Source: Tortispora ganteri
Lineage: Eukaryota
Direction: 5' to 3'
Length of the DNA: 64,000 nt
NCBI GenBank assembly: GCA_003707115.1
Contig: PPNB01000003.1
Coordinates: 434,001-498,000, forward strand
The position numbers and the translations under genes are program-made. The first letter of the stretch is position 1. Each line of letters starts with the position of its first letter. The notes beneath the pieces were generated by a model that saw only the letters and a list, made by a program, of their open reading frames with translations, was not told the DNA's origin and made no database searches. Positions 41,099 to 51,110 of the stretch are shown here, in pieces.

Positions 41099-44035
41099 AT
41101 GTCTCAGCAGCCAACACTAGCAAGCTTTTTCAAGTCCAAGAAGAGACCTCAAGTTGATCGCGTCTTAGATCAACCACCTCCAATTAAAAGACCTGCTATA
41201 GAAGCACCTGATAGGTCAGTCCAATCTGTTATTGCAGATATACCAGATGACCTTAAGGTCAAGAATCATGAAAAAGCTGTTGAGAAGTTAGCGATAGTGA
41301 ATAGGCCGCGGTGTGAAGAGTTTGTACCAGTGAAACTTACACCTCTACAGCAACAAATAGTGGATATCAAACTGCAGTATCCTACAACTGTACTTGCGTT
41401 CGAAGTTGGTTATAAGTACAATTTTTACGCTCAAGATGCCCAAATTGCATCTTCTGTACTGAAAGTTGTTCTGATAGCGGGACAGCCTGTGATAGATCAG
41501 TCTGGGCAACGAGATGGACGGTATTCCAAGTTCGCACATTGTAGTGTTCCCACTCATCGAATCAGTATACATATTCGCAGACTCACAGAAGCTGGATACA
41601 AAGTGGGGATAGTTGCTCAGTCTGAAACTGCTGCTTTAAAAGCAGCTAGCACTAATAAAAGTGGACCTTTCACTCGTCACGTTTCTCAAATATTTACTAG
41701 AGCATCGTACGTCGATGATCCTATCACTGGTTATAATGATGTTCCTACAGAGAAAGATCACGATTCTTTTATCATGTGCTTGCATGAAATTGCAAATGGC
41801 GACTCGGATAATAAGCTTGCATTTTCTCTTGTGGCTGTACAGCCCGCAACTGGCCATGTTTCTTACGACACTTTTACAGATTCAGCAATGAGGGCTGAAC
41901 TCGAAGCTAGACTCAAAATATTTATGCCAGATGAGGTTCTTCTGTTAGGTAACATCTCTTCAAATACTTTAAGATTACTGAAGCACGTTCTTGGCGGCAC
42001 TATTCGAGTGGAAACTGCCGATTGTCCCTCTTTGTTATCAGCGACTGATAACATGATAGCGTTTTATAAATCTTTAGCTAATTTGCCAGAAACTGCCTTA
42101 CAGCTATTTGATAGCCTTCCTGATTCAATAAAAATTTGTTTGTCTGCAATGAAGTCTTATATTGCACAGTATAATTTGGAAAGAGCCCTCCTCGCTATTG
42201 AGTACTTTCAGTTTTTTACATCTAAGAGTTATATGACCTTGTCTGGAACTACATTATCGGCGCTGGAAATTTTCTCTTCTTCAACTACCGATACTGCGAA
42301 AGGCAGTCTATTTTGGGCTCTTGATAATACCAGCACCCTATTTGGGCGTCGACTATTAAGACAATGGATAGCTCGCCCTCTACTAGATCCGGATGCATTG
42401 AACGATCGCAGGCAAGCCGTCAACGAGATTTTGTTTTACCCCAGTCATGTCTTCGAGCGTATAAGACAAATGCTCAAAGGATTTCCCGACATTGAGAAGG
42501 GCCTATCTAGGATCAGATACAAGAAGTGCACCTGTAAAGAGCTCTCTTTCATTATATATCAAATGAGGAAAGCTGCGGGCCTCTTCACTGACCTTAAGAA
42601 CAACTCTAATGACCATGAGATACCAAACTACGGGTTTAAATCCGCAAAAATTAATCAAGCCATTCATAATATTTCTATTGCACGAGCGCCTCTAACCGAA
42701 CTAATGGCTCATTATAATGCCGATGCTGGTAAATCTGATAACTTATCATCTTTTTTTGTTGATAGAGATGAGTATCACGGTCTTTATGAACTAAAATCAG
42801 AGCTGAAGAATATCTATTCACAGCTTGACAATCAAATTACCGAGATCAGAAGTATTATAAATAAGAATGATATAGCATTTTGCAGTGTGGGAGGCATCGA
42901 ATACCAAGTCGAGATCGCCGAAAGCTATTTATCCAAAGTTCCAGCATCGTGGATTAAAATGAGTGGTACTAAACGGTTTTCTCGATTCCATACTCCTAAA
43001 GTAAATGAACTATTAAACAAGCGTGATCAGCTAGTGGAAACTATTGAGCTAGAGTCAAAAAAGTGTCTGTGGTCATTCATGGATAGAATCATGGAATCTT
43101 TTGTCTTTCTACGTGGCCTAATTGATGCATTGGCACTATTTGATTGTCTTTTTTCTATGACTGAAATTGCAAAGCGTCCGCAATACACTGAACCTCAGTT
43201 TACAAGTGAACAATGTCTTAATATTAAGGACGGACGCCACCCCGTTCTTGAGCAACTTGTTGAAAATGAATACGTGCCTAATGACACAGAACTGAGCAGT
43301 ACTGGAATTCACGCGATGATTATCACAGGTCCTAATATGGGCGGTAAAAGCTCTTATGTTCGCCAGACTGCCTTGCTGTGTATCATGGCACAAGTTGGAT
43401 TCTATGTTCCTGCTAAATCAGCAACGTTAGGATACTTTGATGCCGTGTTGGTTCGTATGGGCGCTTCTGACCTCATAATGCAAGGCCAGTCAACGTTTAT
43501 GGTTGAGCTCAATGAATGTAGAGAAATTATGCGAGCCGCTACTACACGCTCCTTGGTGATACTCGATGAAATTGGTAGAGGAACCAGTACTTTTGATGGT
43601 GTTTCAATAGCGTGGGCTATATTAGACTATTTTTCAATTGATGTGAACTGTCTGTTGCTTTTTATTACACATTATCCTCAGCTTGCAAAATTCGAAGATG
43701 AACATCATAAAGTTGTGCAGAATTATCATTTGACATACTTTGAGCATGAGGAGTCCAACAAAATTGTGTTTCTGTACAAAGTGGTACGGGGTGCTGCCGA
43801 GAAGTCGTATGGCCTTAATGTGGCTAGAATGGCACAAATACCGGAAGAGGTTGTTTCAGAAGCGGAAAGGGAAGCAGCAATGATGCAGTATAATACACCT
43901 ATGAAGCTAACTAGACACAATGCAGCGTTGCTGAAGAAAGTGCTTGCTAAAGGTTTTTCTTCGTCTACATCCAAGGCAGATATTTTAGAGCTGTTCACCG
44001 AAAGTTCGGTATCACAAATACATAAGAACATTTAG
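41099..44035 (+). CDS. MSH3: Mismatch repair protein MutS homolog 3
   Basis: PIP box QPTLASFF, LTPLQQQ, EVGYKY, ETAALKA, TGPNMGGKS, DEIGRGTST and SYGLNVA. ATG at 41099. Confidence 0.95.
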   Translation: MSQQPTLASFFKSKKRPQVDRVLDQPPPIKRPAIEAPDRSVQSVIADIPDDLKVKNHEKAVEKLAIVNRPRCEEFVPVKLTPLQQQIVDIKLQYPTTVLAFEVGYKYNFYAQDAQIASSVLKVVLIAGQPVIDQSGQRDGRYSKFAHCSVPTHRISIHIRRLTEAGYKVGIVAQSETAALKAASTNKSGPFTRHVSQIFTRASYVDDPITGYNDVPTEKDHDSFIMCLHEIANGDSDNKLAFSLVAVQPATGHVSYDTFTDSAMRAELEARLKIFMPDEVLLLGNISSNTLRLLKHVLGGTIRVETADCPSLLSATDNMIAFYKSLANLPETALQLFDSLPDSIKICLSAMKSYIAQYNLERALLAIEYFQFFTSKSYMTLSGTTLSALEIFSSSTTDTAKGSLFWALDNTSTLFGRRLLRQWIARPLLDPDALNDRRQAVNEILFYPSHVFERIRQMLKGFPDIEKGLSRIRYKKCTCKELSFIIYQMRKAAGLFTDLKNNSNDHEIPNYGFKSAKINQAIHNISIARAPLTELMAHYNADAGKSDNLSSFFVDRDEYHGLYELKSELKNIYSQLDNQITEIRSIINKNDIAFCSVGGIEYQVEIAESYLSKVPASWIKMSGTKRFSRFHTPKVNELLNKRDQLVETIELESKKCLWSFMDRIMESFVFLRGLIDALALFDCLFSMTEIAKRPQYTEPQFTSEQCLNIKDGRHPVLEQLVENEYVPNDTELSSTGIHAMIITGPNMGGKSSYVRQTALLCIMAQVGFYVPAKSATLGYFDAVLVRMGASDLIMQGQSTFMVELNECREIMRAATTRSLVILDEIGRGTSTFDGVSIAWAILDYFSIDVNCLLLFITHYPQLAKFEDEHHKVVQNYHLTYFEHEESNKIVFLYKVVRGAAEKSYGLNVARMAQIPEEVVSEAEREAAMMQYNTPMKLTRHNAALLKKVLAKGFSSSTSKADILELFTESSVSQIHKNI

Positions 44036-44046
44036 TCAAAGTATCA

Positions 44047-45954
44047 TCATTTTCCAGATCGAATAGATTCCATAAATTCATCTTCATTTCCAAGATTGAA
44101 AGGAGTAGTAGACCAACCAAGCTTATTTAAAATATCTGTCTTAGTAAGATAGAGTGATGATTCCAGTTTTTGAAGCACAGCCAAAGCTACTCGTAGTAAA
44201 ACTGTATCACTTTCAAATACCATAACATCCCATACTCTAACTGTAATGTTAGGAGTAGTATGCAAAGTAAATAAAGGTAAAAGCATTGGTTTAATCGCCT
44301 CAGTGGGATCCAGCCCCACTTTCTTCATATGCTTATACAGCGATGGCAATTTTCTTTGAAACATTTCTAAGAAAGCTTTAAAGTAGGGCTCCTGTAGCAA
44401 TGTATCATGGGTAAAGAGGGCCATAGGCAACGGCCTATTCAGTATATTTGCCATAGCACTGAAAGCTTCCTCAGTTCCACCGAGGACAATAAGTAATAAC
44501 GCAGCGATGTAATTCATTCCAGTAGTATATCCAATATCTGTGCGATAAAATGCATAGCTTTTAAGAAGAGAAATCAGCTCTCCACGTAATCGCTCATTCT
44601 TTTGAAACAAGTGATAGTCAGGAAGGGTGGTTTCCACATCAGTTTCAATCATAGTAAACAGTCGTCTATTCTGTCTGCTTTCAGTAGAGTCATAATTCTC
44701 TTCCTCATATGCCAAATCTTCTGCATCATTAGCACGTTTTAATGCTCTCAAATAGGTCTCATGTGTAATTGCAAGATTATTGCCTATTTGATGTTTCCAC
44801 ACCTGTTCCCGAACATCTGGTGCTATACCTCGCCACCACATTTCTCTGAACTTTTCAGTTGTGATGGCAGCTTGATAAGCCTCTGGCGACGACACGGCTT
44901 CGCGCCAGGCCTTATAGTCGTTGACTCTTATATGATCTCTATGAAGACTTTCCTTCACTTGTTTCTTTTTCTTTATTTTCTCCGAAGACAAAAAAGACTT
45001 CATCATATTTTTGTACTCGGTAACATGTCGTTTCTCTTCGGATCTACTTTTAGGAGGCAGCCAAGCAGGACGAGTACGGGACATATGTCGCTCCTTTTCG
45101 TGGCTCAGTGGTATGGCTTCCACTACGTCGCTGATATCAAGCTGTAGTGGAGGGTTTTTGACGACTTTAGAGTTATTAAATAATATGTTATCAGACCGCT
45201 CGGCTTGTTGTAAATCAAATTCCTCTGCATACGCCATAGAGAGATTGCGGGCGTCCTCCGAAAGATTAGCGACAACCTTGTCCCAGCTCTTAATTCTTTG
45301 ATGCATAGGTATTGTATCAGAACCTCCATCTGACAAAGAGAGCGAAGCGCGAAGCAAGTTCGGGTCACGGGGGGTTTCGGACTTATCTTCTTCGTCAATA
45401 AAATCGTGTAAAGATCTGCTGACAGGTTGTTGACCAGCCAGGACATCTAGATGCACTCGAGATATCGAGGGTGATAAAGGAACGTTCCAGAATATTGTAT
45501 CATGAGGTATTTCATCATCAGAATCATATTCGAGTTCTAACTGGTGTGACAAGCTCGTGTCATTTATTGACTTTTGAGATATATATGAGCTCCGCCTTGA
45601 AGAAGGGGTCGGAGATCCGCCATTCGCAGAAGCAGCATATGGAGGACGAGGTATTGGCATCGGAAATGAATAATTAGCATCCGAGATAGCGGGCGAGCTT
45701 GCTGATGTATAATTAGGAGAAGGTATTGGAAACTGCATAGATCGCGTTTTTGGTCGAGGAGCTTTGCGAGTGTTCGTGTACACAGATCCAGAGGCGGATA
45801 CAGAGTTACCGACAGCCGGAGAAGGTATAGGAGAAGATTCAGAAAAAGATATATCTTCGAAATCATCATAAGTATGATTATGTGAGGGAAGCATGTAAGA
45901 GTGCGGACGAGGACGCGAAAGTTCGGGTGGACGCATGGGCGAGTTCCGACTCAT
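44047..45954 (-). CDS. TBC-domain Rab GTPase-activating protein
   Basis: SRTRPAWLPPK, WWRGIAPDVREQVW, YRTDIGYTTGMNYIAA and RVWD motifs after a low-complexity N-terminus. ATG at 45954. Confidence 0.88.
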   Translation of the reverse strand: MSRNSPMRPPELSRPRPHSYMLPSHNHTYDDFEDISFSESSPIPSPAVGNSVSASGSVYTNTRKAPRPKTRSMQFPIPSPNYTSASSPAISDANYSFPMPIPRPPYAASANGGSPTPSSRRSSYISQKSINDTSLSHQLELEYDSDDEIPHDTIFWNVPLSPSISRVHLDVLAGQQPVSRSLHDFIDEEDKSETPRDPNLLRASLSLSDGGSDTIPMHQRIKSWDKVVANLSEDARNLSMAYAEEFDLQQAERSDNILFNNSKVVKNPPLQLDISDVVEAIPLSHEKERHMSRTRPAWLPPKSRSEEKRHVTEYKNMMKSFLSSEKIKKKKQVKESLHRDHIRVNDYKAWREAVSSPEAYQAAITTEKFREMWWRGIAPDVREQVWKHQIGNNLAITHETYLRALKRANDAEDLAYEEENYDSTESRQNRRLFTMIETDVETTLPDYHLFQKNERLRGELISLLKSYAFYRTDIGYTTGMNYIAALLLIVLGGTEEAFSAMANILNRPLPMALFTHDTLLQEPYFKAFLEMFQRKLPSLYKHMKKVGLDPTEAIKPMLLPLFTLHTTPNITVRVWDVMVFESDTVLLRVALAVLQKLESSLYLTKTDILNKLGWSTTPFNLGNEDEFMESIRSGK

Positions 45955-46923
45955 TGCTGCATTAACAAATGATATTACAAATATAAAAAAGATAGAATAT
46001 AGTAACAAATAATTTCAAGGAAATAAGTAACTAGAGGATGATGACGTTAATTATTCGTTTGGTCTTATATGTTCCGAGGGTCAAGATCTGTGGCAGTCAA
46101 GAACTAAAACAAACAGCCAAGAAAGAAGAAGTCTAATATTAGGTGTAATAAGGTAGGTTGAGATATGACAGCCAAAAGCTAAAGAGACTCGAAATTATTA
46201 GTTACACCTAAGTATATTTGATAACGAAAACCATCCCAATTTCGTATATACATAATATCGCTATATAAAGAGAAAGAATATTTACGTTTAGAGAAGAAAA
46301 ACCAGATTGCTTATTGTAATGATGGTCATATTGCTCTTAGTGCAAAAAGAGGGACCTGCCAAAATCCTTCTTTGGGAGCATCAAGCGAGAATTAGTGCGA
46401 TTCACATGTACAAGGAATTCGCGCAAGCTAAAATGTTCTCACATGCATATAACCTCAATATTCACTAAACTGATAATGTGTTTTATTGATAGTAATACAC
46501 ATGAAAAAATAATGACACGTATCTGCATGACTATGGGAAATCATAACCAAAAAAGGACTCCGCATCATTACTAGCAACTTAAACCGATCCATGATAGCAG
46601 GTACTAATCCTGGTAAGAATATTCCACAAGATCAATTTAATTCAGGGACGTAGAGTAATTTATTACTATTTTCATCCGTTCAAGGCAAATGGGGTAAGTG
46701 CAAACCCAGACATGGCGATTCGCGGGTTTACTTTGCCCAATATAGATCTATCCCCTAAGGGAGCTGAATGTCCGAGTGTATACAAATAAATCATGGTCTT
46801 GCTCTTCACTCCAGCATTCCTCCTTCTTTTACCAAATTTTATTCCATTCGTTAACTCCTCCTCTAAAACGTTTAAGGTAGCGTGCTAAACAAGAAGGAGT
46901 ATAGGAACCGCTGTCAATAGAAT

Positions 46924-48066
46924 ATGGATTTCAAAGGCGAGCCGGCCCCGGCGACAGCAACAGAAGCAGCACCTAAGGGGGAGCAAATACGTGCTAGGAG
47001 ACCTAGGAGTAGATTTGGCTGTCATAGTTGCAAACGAAGCAAGATTAAATGTGATGAGGCAAAACCATCTTGCTCTTCATGCCGAGCAAAAGGAAGGGTA
47101 TGCGACTATAGCTTAAAGCTGTCTTGGAATCCTACATCCGCAAAGCGCAACATAGGTTTCCAGCAGAAGTATAATAACTATATCGCAAAGCTAAAGCAAA
47201 CTGAAAATGATCAAATTGTGCAGCAAACCATTAGCAGACCACCATCTCTATATATCTGCTCTTCAAATCTCAGCAACGCCGTTCAAAAGGCAAATAACGG
47301 GCTCATTTCTGTCAACGACCAGGCCTGGGACAGAGTTATGCCACAAACTATAACAACTTATAATAACCCTCAAATAGAGCTTCTGGCAAGTCCAGATTGC
47401 CCAAGTTCAGGCAATTACTCTCCACTGTCTTTGGATCTGAGCTTCGAGAATGCGACCAAAGCTATTCTGCAAGGTAGAAATCTTGCAAACGACAATGAGG
47501 TCCACGATATCCAAGATTATTATAATGAGAATATCAGCAGCTACTTGTTAAATCAACAAGTCCCCGCATCTGCACCGCCTTTCGTGGAAAATATCCCTGT
47601 TCCAAGCTACCCCGCAGACTTAACAATTTCAGATCTCGAGTTACTAGCCAATGGAAATATGCCTACTATTATAGGTGCTCAAGCAAACTCTAAGAAAATG
47701 CCGTTTATATCACCAAATAATAGAACATCAGGTATTAGCCAGCAGCAACAGCAAGAAATTCTGTCTCTACAATTGCACGACATGGACCTTCCACAAATGT
47801 ACGATACAAGCGCATCTCTTCTCGTGCCTTTGCTGTCTGATAGCGGAAATAATGGGACTAGCGTATCAGATCACTCGATATCTGCAGATTCGAACTCAAG
47901 TATCTTCCCTTCATTTGAAATGCTTATGGATTCCCAAGACTTCCAATTCACTTCTAACAATGCTTTCGATATAGGATCAGATATGACATTCGATCACACA
48001 AATGCAAATGCAGGCATCAAAACTATTGACACTAGCCTCTTAAAACTCAATCCAATTCAGAACTAA
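46924..48066 (+). CDS. Zn(II)2Cys6 transcription factor
   Basis: RSRFGCHSCKRSKIKCDEAKPSCSSCRAKGRVCDY binuclear cluster followed by a low-complexity, acidic tail. Confidence 0.9.
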   Translation: MDFKGEPAPATATEAAPKGEQIRARRPRSRFGCHSCKRSKIKCDEAKPSCSSCRAKGRVCDYSLKLSWNPTSAKRNIGFQQKYNNYIAKLKQTENDQIVQQTISRPPSLYICSSNLSNAVQKANNGLISVNDQAWDRVMPQTITTYNNPQIELLASPDCPSSGNYSPLSLDLSFENATKAILQGRNLANDNEVHDIQDYYNENISSYLLNQQVPASAPPFVENIPVPSYPADLTISDLELLANGNMPTIIGAQANSKKMPFISPNNRTSGISQQQQQEILSLQLHDMDLPQMYDTSASLLVPLLSDSGNNGTSVSDHSISADSNSSIFPSFEMLMDSQDFQFTSNNAFDIGSDMTFDHTNANAGIKTIDTSLLKLNPIQN

Positions 48067-48205
48067 GCCAAACAGATCTATACTGCAATCTCAAGCAATA
48101 AGATAGTGCGCAATAAACTTGGTTCAAAACTCAATATTGCACTGTTGAGTTATTCATTCGTTCATTAATTCATCCATTCATTCAGTCTCTCGACTATTCA
48201 CTCGT

Positions 48206-50380
48206 TCAAGCCTTCTTATTATCATTCGCTTCTTTAACTTCAGCAATAGTAGAAGAGCCAATAGACTCCAATGCTTCTCGCAGTTGTCTTAGCCGATCCT
48301 CTTTATCGGGCAACGCTCTCAGCCGTAGCTCTAATGATTGTCTTTCATCTTCCAGTTTTAGCCGTTCATCTGCATTTAGCTCAGAAAAAAGGTAATGTCC
48401 TTGACCGTCAAACTGTAAAATATGGTCATGGAACTTCCAGAGCGAAGGCCGGTGAGATACAGTAATCAAAGAGATATTCAATTCCATAGCATGAGTATAC
48501 ATTATATTTTCCATCTCCAAAGATACAGCTGATGTACACTCATCCAATATAGCAAATTTCGGTTTGTGGTAATAAAGTCGGGCCATTGCTATTCTCTGCT
48601 GCACACCGTTGGAGAGAACTTCACGCCAATCTTCCTGAGATTCCCAACCTGACCTGAATGTTCCTTCTGAGTTCATAGTCACTAAATAGCCAATTTCAAC
48701 AACGTTCAAAATGTCATGTAAGTCTTTATAAGTGATGCCCTTACGCTCCATATCTTCAACTGAATCTGGGTATATAATTTGTTGCAGTAGTGATCCTTGT
48801 GGAAGATATGGGCGCTGAGGTATATAAAAGAGAGCTTCAGAAGTTGGTTTAGATACCACACCACCATGTATGGGCCACAACCCACCAAGTATTCTAAAAA
48901 GTGAAGACTTTCCACATCCATTAGGACCGACAATCAAAAGGTTTTGTCCATACTTCACAGAAAACGATAAAGCAGGAATAAGGACATCACCAGAAGGGCT
49001 AACAATAGGTACCTTCTCAAAAATAATATCTGAGGCTCCTTCCACTAAGGTTCCTGTTTGAGACAAAATTTTAGAGGCGGGAATCCCAGATTTTGATTTC
49101 GCAATAAGGACTTTGTGATATTTTCCCTTTTTTAGATCGTCCATAGTATTAATTAGTTCAGTAACCCTAGCAGTATGACCGGTTAATTCAGCGACTTGCT
49201 TGTAGCTTGACATCAACCGACCAAAAGCATCAGAAGCAGACATCAATAAGCGTCTATTAGTGATAAAATTTTGCGACCTATCCGCGAGAGTGGCAGAACC
49301 AATGCCTGCCAGAGACGAAAAAGCTGGAATAGAGCAGAGTAGTAAGCCCAGCACTCCCCATACATATTTAATGAGATAATCTTCGTTAAACCCATGATAC
49401 AGTCTGCGCCACAATATTTTGTTAATGTACTTGATCAGAGAAAAATAACTTCTATCAAGATGAGCACGCTCTGCTTCTTCACCTCGTAGCAATGCAATTT
49501 CCTCACCATACTCTACCATTCTTGAATGAGAAGACCTATAAGCACCTTCCAACTTGGCTTCTTCAATAGTGTAAAGTCCAAATCTAGGAGTGATTGCCCG
49601 TAAAAGCTTCGCAGAAGCTTGCATCAGCATTCCTGCGACTAGGATACCTTCACTACCTATATTTTGAGCCAGTTGAATATTGTAGACGAACATGTCAAGT
49701 ATAGGCTTACTGATATCGGAATATATGTCAGCAAGCGCAGTAGAAAAGCGTTGAACATCAACAGTTATGGTTTGATCAGCGTTCCTTATACGGTCATCCA
49801 AGTTTTGAATAGCATAATACATAGAACCGTTTGCATCTGAAAGGTAGTTCTCCTGTATGTATGATGTGAGGCGATAACGGTACTGTATCGCGAGACGAGT
49901 TTGAAAGTAGGTCAACAAAGAATTAGTGTAGGTCGCAGGGAATGCAACAATCATCCACCAAACCAGGCCTTTAATTAGTTCATTTCCTCGTCCTTTCACT
50001 ACAGAGCCGACCAACATCCCATCTAATTTGGCAACATAGAGAGATATGAAAGTTCTAGCGACAAGCGTGCAGGTATAGCCAGTAAGCAGAACAGCTTCAA
50101 TGGTTGTGGCACCTGGAATAACAATTTTCAAAAGTCGCCTAAGTCGCTTTAAGAATTTGACGTTGACGTCGGATTTAGATTTCCGTGGATTGATCTGCAG
50201 AGCGTCATCCGCTTGCGGAGGGGAAGGTTTATGTGAGGATCGCGATCCTCGAGATCCTCGCAATAAGTCCGTAATGGCCAGAAAATAGCCAAGTAAAAGT
50301 ATTTTCTTCCTATGAAGTGTATAAAACTTTAATAACTGTCTTGAAACTGGTTTACGGGATCTATATATTGAAGTGTTCAT
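48206..50380 (-). CDS. PXA2: Peroxisomal ABCD half-transporter for acyl-CoA
   Basis: ABC_membrane_2 with EAA-like motif, GPNGCGKSSLFRILGGLWP and LSNGVQQRIAMARLYYHKPKFAILDECTSAV. The non-LSGG signature and KYVWG.LG/SDAFGRL pattern are Pxa2-type. First ATG at 50380. Confidence 0.88.
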   Translation of the reverse strand: MNTSIYRSRKPVSRQLLKFYTLHRKKILLLGYFLAITDLLRGSRGSRSSHKPSPPQADDALQINPRKSKSDVNVKFLKRLRRLLKIVIPGATTIEAVLLTGYTCTLVARTFISLYVAKLDGMLVGSVVKGRGNELIKGLVWWMIVAFPATYTNSLLTYFQTRLAIQYRYRLTSYIQENYLSDANGSMYYAIQNLDDRIRNADQTITVDVQRFSTALADIYSDISKPILDMFVYNIQLAQNIGSEGILVAGMLMQASAKLLRAITPRFGLYTIEEAKLEGAYRSSHSRMVEYGEEIALLRGEEAERAHLDRSYFSLIKYINKILWRRLYHGFNEDYLIKYVWGVLGLLLCSIPAFSSLAGIGSATLADRSQNFITNRRLLMSASDAFGRLMSSYKQVAELTGHTARVTELINTMDDLKKGKYHKVLIAKSKSGIPASKILSQTGTLVEGASDIIFEKVPIVSPSGDVLIPALSFSVKYGQNLLIVGPNGCGKSSLFRILGGLWPIHGGVVSKPTSEALFYIPQRPYLPQGSLLQQIIYPDSVEDMERKGITYKDLHDILNVVEIGYLVTMNSEGTFRSGWESQEDWREVLSNGVQQRIAMARLYYHKPKFAILDECTSAVSLEMENIMYTHAMELNISLITVSHRPSLWKFHDHILQFDGQGHYLFSELNADERLKLEDERQSLELRLRALPDKEDRLRQLREALESIGSSTIAEVKEANDNKKA

Positions 50381-51110
50381 ATTCAAGTTATGCCGAAGGC
50401 GCTAGCAGTGTGTCCTGAGAAGAGAAAGAAACATGCTTGTGACAGTTAGTGAAGCCGGGTAAATTATAGTTCAAGCGTGTTGGAAGACGGTTGTCAAGGG
50501 CACAAGTTCCCAAGCCGTAAATTTAGTACTTAGTATTCTTTTAACCAACCTTCCTAAAAACAAAGTTGAAACTGCTGAATGATATAACAGCATACTCTCG
50601 GGCTCTTCCGTATCACCAAGAGAACCTAAAATAGTTCTATGATTACCCAATAAGGGCGTGATTATTGCTGTTAATGGCGTGATCCCACTAAGTTACTAAC
50701 ATCATGAATAGACGTCAAACTACCCTGATCGAACACAGTCAGATAGAAAGAGGGAGAGACCTCAATTAGACACTAGGAGCAGATTTAGACATCTGCTCCA
50801 CAAACTCATCCCAGGCTATCCAAATAACGTACGATCAAGCGAGTCTTAGCCGAGACTTCACACAGGTCAAGGTTTTCCTCTTTCCAATATTGTACGTACT
50901 TACACGTAGTTCCTCTCATTGTGCTCAAAACCCTAATCTAGTTATACCAACATCAAGCCACCCCGGAACCATTTGAGAGATCGACCTGTGCGACATTACA
51001 GTCCCATTGAGATGACACTCTGGCCGTAGAGCCAATATCTATATATATACAAATTCAAAGTTTTTGTTCTTCAGCGATAAATCACAGACATAAGGCTCAC
51101 CAAAGAGGAG

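Noticed and set aside
45955..46008. Apparent signal peptide on the TBC protein (similar hydrophobic extensions on GCD6, RAM1, POT1, ARP6 and NCB2)
   Set aside because: These come from TTG/GTG starts allowed by the ORF finder in T-rich leaders. Eukaryotic ATG starts lie downstream.
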